A stretch of 64,000 nucleotides of DNA, from the NCBI GenBank assembly GCA_019058275.1, contig JAHLVW010000066.1, positions 192,001-256,000 of the forward strand. Direction: 5' to 3'. The notes under the pieces were generated by a model. It was not told the DNA's origin and did no database searches. It saw nothing but the letters and a program-made list of their open reading frames with translations. The stretch comes from Candidatus Heimdallarchaeota archaeon (lineage in GTDB: Archaea; Asgardarchaeota; Heimdallarchaeia; JABLTI01). A program made the position numbers and the translations under genes. Positions 58,073 through 64,000 of the stretch are shown here, one piece after another (the stretch's first letter is position 1; each line of letters begins with the position of its first letter).

Positions 58073-60280
58073 TTATTTGGATTCTTCTTCTTCCTTCTTC
58101 TCTTTCAAAAGGTCAAGTTCTTCACCTATCAAGTAATGTGAAAACCAATTGAGATTTTGATACATAATCGCTCTGTTTTCTCGAGGCTTAGTTATAGGAT
58201 GCCCCATTCCAGGATAGATGAAAAGTTCAACATGAACATTCATTTCTTTTAACCCCCGATAGAGTTCTTTAGCATTTGATAATGGTACTCTCATGTCAAT
58301 TTCACCATGTTGTATAAGCATAGGTGTTTTCGCTTCTTTGATTTTACTAATGGGTGCTGTTTTCTCATAGAGCTCTCTATCACGGAAAGGTGAGCCAGAC
58401 AAATAATGGGTGGTAAAATGAGGAATATCATTACTAATATGATAAGTGTACCAATCTGAAATACCAGCTCCAACTGAAACTGCCATAAAGCGATTGGAAT
58501 GAAGACCAACAAAAGCTGAAATGTATCCGCCTTGGCTCCAACCCATGCAGCCAATTTTGGTAGTATCAATAAAACCTTCTTTATCGAGATAATCTATTGC
58601 ACTTTCTACATCCCACAAATCACCAATACCAAGGTTATCCTTATTTAATTCCAGAAATGCTTGCCCTCTTCCAATAGATCCTCGATAATTCACTTTTAAA
58701 GTAAGAATCTCTTTATTTACCAATTGAACAGAAGGATGATAAAGGATATCTGAATGTTCTAATAGACTTTCAGGATCAAATGCTTGTGGTCCGCCATGAA
58801 TAATAAAAGCTAATGGATATTTCTTCTTAGGATTGAAATTTAATGGTTTTCTTAGTACTCCTTCTATTTCTGTTCCATCTTTACTTTTCCAACGTATTGT
58901 TTCGATTGTACCAAAATTCCATGTTTTAACATCTTCTGAGTAATTTGTAACCTGCTTGAGTTCTAAATTACTTGATTTGATGGATTTTCTTGATATATAT
59001 AGCTCAGATAATTTCTCTGCTGTCTTCCCAAAGAAACTAAGATAACCGTTTTGAGAAATATCAAATCCATTGTATAATCTTTGAATGTATCCTTCTAGAT
59101 CAAGAGGAGTAATTTTACCACTTTCTGTAACCTTAGCAATTACTGTTTTTGTTCCATAAGCATAAGCAATAACAATACCATCATGTATCCAAACACCACC
59201 AAATGGAATACGGTCTAAATCACCTGTAATTTTCACGAATTTCTCTATAATTTCCTCAGATTCAAGAAGTTCTTTCCACTTTACTATGTCAAGAATCCAA
59301 TAATCCACTTGAGTATAAAACATATCATCTCTTTCTTTTTTAGCAATTAGTAATTTATCTCCATCTGGAGAAGTATCAACAATATAGGCTCCCTTAGGAA
59401 AAGCAAGCTTTTGGATTTCTCCAAGATAGCTTACATCTTTATCTTCTTCTTTCACTTCTTCCTTTTCCTCGTCTTCTTTAGTTTCTTTATCCTTGTCTTT
59501 CTTTTCTTTTTTCAGTGCTATGTAAGCTTCTAATGCTTCATCTGGATTAGTTTTAATACAATAATTAAAAGTCTCTAGATAGTATACCAGATCATCTCGA
59601 ATTTTACAAATAAGGTATATTGAATCATTTTGTTTTGAAGGGATAAAACGTACTATTGATAATGGTTCCTCTAACAATTTGGAGAATTCAATAATTGGTT
59701 TTATTAATTTCTTTGAATCATCTTCTGTTTTAGTTTTCAACTCATTTTGATAAGCAACCATCTTTTCTAAATTAACATAATATAATGCACTAGCACTTTT
59801 TTCATGTTCAAAGTGAATATATGTGCCGAATTTATTCTTTCGATCCTTTTTCTCTTGTCTTTTAGGATCCTTAGCTAAGAAAAGTAAACCTTTTCCAAAT
59901 GGTTTAAAATTTCGTACGCCATTTTCATGTTCCGTTACTTTCCAAGGTTCTCCTACTAAGTTATCAAAAACATAGATTTGATTACCACCCTTATTTGCAT
60001 TATCACCTTGCTTTAGAATAGCGATAGAATCATTATTCAGCCATTCAGCTTGTATAACAGAACCAGATCTTGTTAATTGGTATGTTTTATTAGCTTTAAC
60101 ATCATGTATAAAACAGTTCTTTTCATATGAATTCTTATTCCAATCTGTCTTTAATGATAAATAAGCCACTTTATCTCCGTTTGGTGAGATTTTTGCTCCA
60201 TAAGCATATCCTAAAGTAATCAAATCAGTTATTGTTGGTTCATAAGCTTTAACCATGATAAACCCTACATTGATCGACAT
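58073..60280 (-). CDS. S9 family (acylaminoacyl/dipeptidyl) serine peptidase
   Basis: Beta-propeller N-terminus, IHGGP, NYRGS.G.G, GWSQGG, HGE.D.RV, GH catalytic triad. Confidence 0.93.
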   Translation of the reverse strand: MSINVGFIMVKAYEPTITDLITLGYAYGAKISPNGDKVAYLSLKTDWNKNSYEKNCFIHDVKANKTYQLTRSGSVIQAEWLNNDSIAILKQGDNANKGGNQIYVFDNLVGEPWKVTEHENGVRNFKPFGKGLLFLAKDPKRQEKKDRKNKFGTYIHFEHEKSASALYYVNLEKMVAYQNELKTKTEDDSKKLIKPIIEFSKLLEEPLSIVRFIPSKQNDSIYLICKIRDDLVYYLETFNYCIKTNPDEALEAYIALKKEKKDKDKETKEDEEKEEVKEEDKDVSYLGEIQKLAFPKGAYIVDTSPDGDKLLIAKKERDDMFYTQVDYWILDIVKWKELLESEEIIEKFVKITGDLDRIPFGGVWIHDGIVIAYAYGTKTVIAKVTESGKITPLDLEGYIQRLYNGFDISQNGYLSFFGKTAEKLSELYISRKSIKSSNLELKQVTNYSEDVKTWNFGTIETIRWKSKDGTEIEGVLRKPLNFNPKKKYPLAFIIHGGPQAFDPESLLEHSDILYHPSVQLVNKEILTLKVNYRGSIGRGQAFLELNKDNLGIGDLWDVESAIDYLDKEGFIDTTKIGCMGWSQGGYISAFVGLHSNRFMAVSVGAGISDWYTYHISNDIPHFTTHYLSGSPFRDRELYEKTAPISKIKEAKTPMLIQHGEIDMRVPLSNAKELYRGLKEMNVHVELFIYPGMGHPITKPRENRAIMYQNLNWFSHYLIGEELDLLKEKKEEEESK

Positions 60281-60352
60281 TTCAAGCTATTAATTTACAA
60301 TTATAATTCAAACGGTGAGTATTGAATTTAAAGTTTTACAAGAAAAAGAAGA

Positions 60353-60371
60353 TATTCCCAAGATGGGAATA
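60353..60371 (-). terminator. Hairpin TATTCCCA-aga-TGGGAATA after pmbA
   Basis: 8-bp perfect stem 6 nt past the stop; the minus strand continues tcttctttttct. Confidence 0.5.
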
Positions 60372-60377
60372 AATCAA

Positions 60378-61705
60378 TTATTTTCCAGCAATTGTCATTT
60401 CAGAGATTTTTATTGCAGGACTATACATATGACCATTATTGGATAGATCAGAACCAATAGTATCGATTTTATCCTTAATAATCTCAAAGAAATTGCCAGC
60501 GATAATCACATTTTTTACTGGTTTAGTAAGCTCACCATTTTCAATAAGATATCCATGTGTAACAGTAGCATTCATTTCACCACTAGATGGTCGTGAAAGC
60601 CATTCACCAATTGTTCTTTCAATGAAGAGTCCTTTCTTAGTGTCTTTTATCATATCTTCCAAGCTTGTAGTTCCTGGTTTAAAGATGAAATTGTTTGTTG
60701 AGGGGACTGGTAAAGTGTTGAAATTCCTTCGTGCATTTCCACTTGATTTCAAATTTTCCTTTTTAGCACGGTAGCTATCATAGATGAAATTCTTGAGAAC
60801 ACCTTTCTCTAAGATAGTTGTTTTTTGAGTTGGATGACCTTCGCTGTCAAATGCTCGAGTTCGTACACCATTGGGCATAGTTCCATCATCAATTACTGTT
60901 ATTCTTTCATCAGCAATCTGTGTGTTTAATTTAGCAGCGAATGTTGATCTACCTTTCTGGATATTCTCTGAGTTAATGTTACTACCTAACATGAAACCAA
61001 ATAAGAATGCGCCAAATTTGTTTCGCATAATCACGGGAAGTTTAACACTACCTATCGGTTTTGCTTTTACATACATTAGTGCTTGTTCTGCTGCATAATC
61101 TGCAACCTTATCATAATTTAGATCCTTCCAATAACGAACTTGCAATGATTCTGCACCAGTACTTTCACCGCCTTCAACAGCTTTAGTCATCATGTAAGTA
61201 GTGATATAAGAACCGTAGTAGGTTTGTGTATCATTGTAATTGTTGGTAACAGAAACTTCACTATCATTAATAGTTAAGGCTCCACGAGTTACCTTCACTT
61301 TTCTACCATTTTCAGTTGCCCTATTGATTCCACCAATAACTTTGTCTATGATTTTATCATAGTCCAAATTCTTGAGAGAATCATCATAATTGCCCTTTAC
61401 AGATGTTTTGCCAAATTTATCATTAAGGCTATTCAATTAGGATCCTCAGGAGTTACTTCTGCTATCTTAACAGCTTTTTCAACAGCTCTTCCTACTTCAG
61501 CTTCAGTTAGAATTGAAGTTGCATGAAGACCAATTTGCTTTCCTTTGGCAACTCTAATACCTAAACCCCGAGAATCAACAGTTTTGAAACTCTCAATTTC
61601 AGAAGCAAACATTACATCAGTTATTTTCTTTCTCAAGATGTAAACTTCAGCTTCATCTGCACCCAATTTCATTGCTTTCTTAACTGCTAGTTGACCTAAA
61701 TCCAT
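60378..61705 (-). pseudogene. pmbA: TldE/PmbA family protein split by a 1-nt deletion at ~61434 (probably an intact gene with an assembly indel)
   Basis: N-part GADEAEVY..GLGIRV and C-part FDSEG...GVL..FIYD..SSGNA..G.LIENGE lie in adjacent frames. Restoring a G gives EDPN-W-NSLND. Confidence 0.85.
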
Positions 61706-61709
61706 TGTT

Positions 61710-63131
61710 CTATCTTCCTCCAACAGTCATTTCTTGAACCCTAATGTGGGGACCACCAAAACCAACTTTTGCTGCTTGTCCCCCCTTCCCACAACCACCA
61801 AAATAGCTTGTAGAAATCTCTAAATCATTACCAACAGCATCAACGGTTTTCAAAGTGTCAAGTATAGCTCCACTAATAATAACACCTCTAACAGGTTCAG
61901 CAAGCTCACCATTTCGAATCATGAAGCTTTCACCACCATTAAATGTGAAAGTTCCCATGCCTACTTCTACTTGACCACCACCCGAACCCTTATTCTTGAT
62001 GTAAACACCTTCTTTGATACCTTCAAGTAATTCATTAAATTTGTAATCACCATTATCGATGTAAGTATTTGTCATACGAACAAGTGGTTGATTTTCAAAA
62101 TCCTGTGCTCTTGAATTGCCTGTAGGTGAAACTGCTAAGACATTAGCAGAATTTCGATCATGAATATATGCTTTTAGAACTCCTTTATCCATAATTACCG
62201 TTTTTCCTTTTGGAGTTCCTTCATCATCAACAGGGATATAGTAGCCACCTTTAGAAGTGCCTTCATCAATAATAGAAACTTGTTCATTAGCTAGTTCTTC
62301 ACCAAGTCGATCCTTGAGTGTAGATGTTCCAGTGAAAACTAAATCAGCTTCTGCAGCATGGCCAAACGCTTCGTGAACTAGTATTCCAACTAATCGTGGG
62401 TCAACAACAACTGGATATGTACCTGGAGGTGGGGAAGAAGCTTTAACAGAACGAAGTGCTAATTCAGAAAGATCAACTGAGAAATCATTCCAATCATATT
62501 TCTTTGTAAATTCATAACCGCTACATGCGCCATGCCCATGATATGTTGTATCCATTTTGCCATTTTCAACTGCTACAGCAATTTGAATCAAACCAATAGT
62601 TGTTACCTGAACCAGAGTTTGAGTTCCCTGAGATGATATAAAAAATCTATTATCTACAGAGGAGCCCATAATTGTAATGACATTTTTTATCTGGTCACTA
62701 ATCCAGGCTGCCTTATTGGTTTCCATTAATAATTCAACTTTTTCTTTTGGAGAGACACTTATTGGATCAGTTTTAACTGACACTTTTTCATCAAACTTGA
62801 TTGTTTTAGTCTCTGCAAAATTTCCTTTCTCACTTTCAAATGATTTTGCCAATTTTAATGCAGCATTAATAGAATTGTTAACACTATCCATAGAAAAATC
62901 ACTTGTCGATGCAAATCCTACTGCACCATTGACTACCACACGTATTCCCAAACCACCAAAATCGAGAGATTTATACTCTTCAAGAGATTTATTTTCTACT
63001 CGTATTTCTTCGTTGCTAAAGTGCTGATACCGAACGTCAGCGTATGAAGCTCCAAGTTTTAAAGCTTTATCGATGATTTTTTCCGGTTTGAGTTGGTTTA
63101 ATGTTTCCTTAAAATTACTCATAATTGCCAC
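61710..63131 (-). CDS. tldD: TldD family metalloprotease
   Basis: YADVR, GLGIRV, HEAFGH, DDEG, RMTNTY, GCGKGGQ; adjacent to pmbA. Confidence 0.93.
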   Translation of the reverse strand: MAIMSNFKETLNQLKPEKIIDKALKLGASYADVRYQHFSNEEIRVENKSLEEYKSLDFGGLGIRVVVNGAVGFASTSDFSMDSVNNSINAALKLAKSFESEKGNFAETKTIKFDEKVSVKTDPISVSPKEKVELLMETNKAAWISDQIKNVITIMGSSVDNRFFISSQGTQTLVQVTTIGLIQIAVAVENGKMDTTYHGHGACSGYEFTKKYDWNDFSVDLSELALRSVKASSPPPGTYPVVVDPRLVGILVHEAFGHAAEADLVFTGTSTLKDRLGEELANEQVSIIDEGTSKGGYYIPVDDEGTPKGKTVIMDKGVLKAYIHDRNSANVLAVSPTGNSRAQDFENQPLVRMTNTYIDNGDYKFNELLEGIKEGVYIKNKGSGGGQVEVGMGTFTFNGGESFMIRNGELAEPVRGVIISGAILDTLKTVDAVGNDLEISTSYFGGCGKGGQAAKVGFGGPHIRVQEMTVGGR

Positions 63132-63264
63132 ATCAATTATACTAAAACCATCATTGAGACAGTAATTTGCTTATATGGTTATTTCGTTGGGTCTTATTTG
63201 CTTTGAATGAAACTAATTGACAAAAATATCTTATAATTCAAAAATAGATTTACGTAGGATTATG

Positions 63265-63387
63265 TTAGATCATTCCATCGACATAATATAATCCTAACAA
63301 TATACCTGATTTCTCTAGCTCCTTAGCCTTCTTCCTGCTGAGTTGCTTTTTATCTTTTCGAGGTTTTGCCTTTTTGATCTTAACCAT
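63265..63387 (-). CDS. Small 40-aa Lys-rich protein (not in the ORF track)
   Basis: ATG 63387 after GGGATG; translates MVKIKKAKPRKDKKQLSRKKAKELEKSGILLGLYYVDGMI, stop TAA at 63265. Confidence 0.45.
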   Translation of the reverse strand: MVKIKKAKPRKDKKQLSRKKAKELEKSGILLGLYYVDGMI

Positions 63388-63552
63388 CTTCATCCCAATC
63401 TATTATTCCAATAACGTGGAAGGTTCTTTAATATTCTATTTATCTATTGTTTTTCGAATATTTAAATTCTTCGAAAAAACTGCTAATTTTAGAATATTAT
63501 AAGAATTATCAAAATTTCGTATATTTTTATAAATGATGATTGTATAAATGAA

Positions 63553-64000
63553 ATGAATACAATGTCTATTAAGAAATTAGAAAAGGAAGTTCACGAACAA
63601 ACAAAGAATATCATAAAAGCAATTAGCAATGAAACTCGTTTTAGCATTTTACTACTAATAGTAGTTTATAGAGAAATGACTCTAGATAAAATTAGTGAAT
63701 TAGTGAACAAAAGCAAATCAACTGTTCATCATCACATAACACAATTGCTAAAATATGGTCTTATTGAGGAAACAACAAAACCCGGAAGCAAAACAAGGTA
63801 CTATAAACAACTTGAATCAGACATAAATAAAAGATTAAAAGAGACATTCAATTGGGAGCGATTTCAAGAACAATTACCTGAAGAAAAAGAAGAATTGTGT
63901 GAATTGTACACTGAATTAGCAAAAACAAACAACATCATGATGTTAAATGCTCTTCAATTCCTTATTAGAACTTACTACAGTAATTTAGATGATCTAGAAG
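63553..64000 (+). CDS. ArsR-like winged-helix transcriptional regulator (3'-truncated by the window edge)
   Basis: Translated by hand: KAISNETRFSILLLI...EMTLDKISELVNKSKSTVHHHITQLLKYGLIEE....KTRYYK; frame open to the window end. Confidence 0.85.
   Translation, partial: MNTMSIKKLEKEVHEQTKNIIKAISNETRFSILLLIVVYREMTLDKISELVNKSKSTVHHHITQLLKYGLIEETTKPGSKTRYYKQLESDINKRLKETFNWERFQEQLPEEKEELCELYTELAKTNNIMMLNALQFLIRTYYSNLDDLE

Noticed and set aside
61433-61435. TGA in pmbA as a selenocysteine or readthrough codon
   Set aside because: The downstream half is in a different frame, so readthrough cannot join them; a missing G (TGG, Trp) explains it.

Overview
Low-GC archaeal chromosome segment, most likely an Asgard archaeon (Heimdallarchaeia-like). 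This is inferred from GGTGA/GGAG RBS motifs, TATA-type promoters, PGF-like C-terminal sorting tails, a stand-alone longin-like protein, a HEAT+PCI-like protein and a DUF4443-type regulator. It holds about 50 CDS; no rRNA, tRNA, CRISPR array or transposase was recognised. Main themes are peptide/amino-acid catabolism (PepT, S9, TldD/PmbA, clostripain, IlvE, a four-subunit 2-oxoacid:ferredoxin oxidoreductase, a 2-hydroxyacid dehydrogenase) and C-terminally anchored surface proteins. There is also a SERCA-like P-type ATPase, a TetR-regulated MacB/FtsX ABC transporter, an orphan PAS/GAF histidine kinase and an orphan adenine methyltransferase. The best candidate for an undescribed system is the two-gene operon at 45691-48516: an uncharacterised 429-aa enzyme plus a DapA-family Schiff-base aldolase fused to a formaldehyde-activating enzyme (Fae) domain, suggesting a formaldehyde-releasing or -fixing aldol pathway analogous to Fae-Hps. 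Other notable items are a claudin/PMP22-like tetraspan protein, three structured elements between convergent genes, a shared 16-bp upstream motif, an unlisted 40-aa basic ORF and four 1-nt frameshifts that look like assembly indels. All family calls come from motif recognition by eye; no database searches were run.
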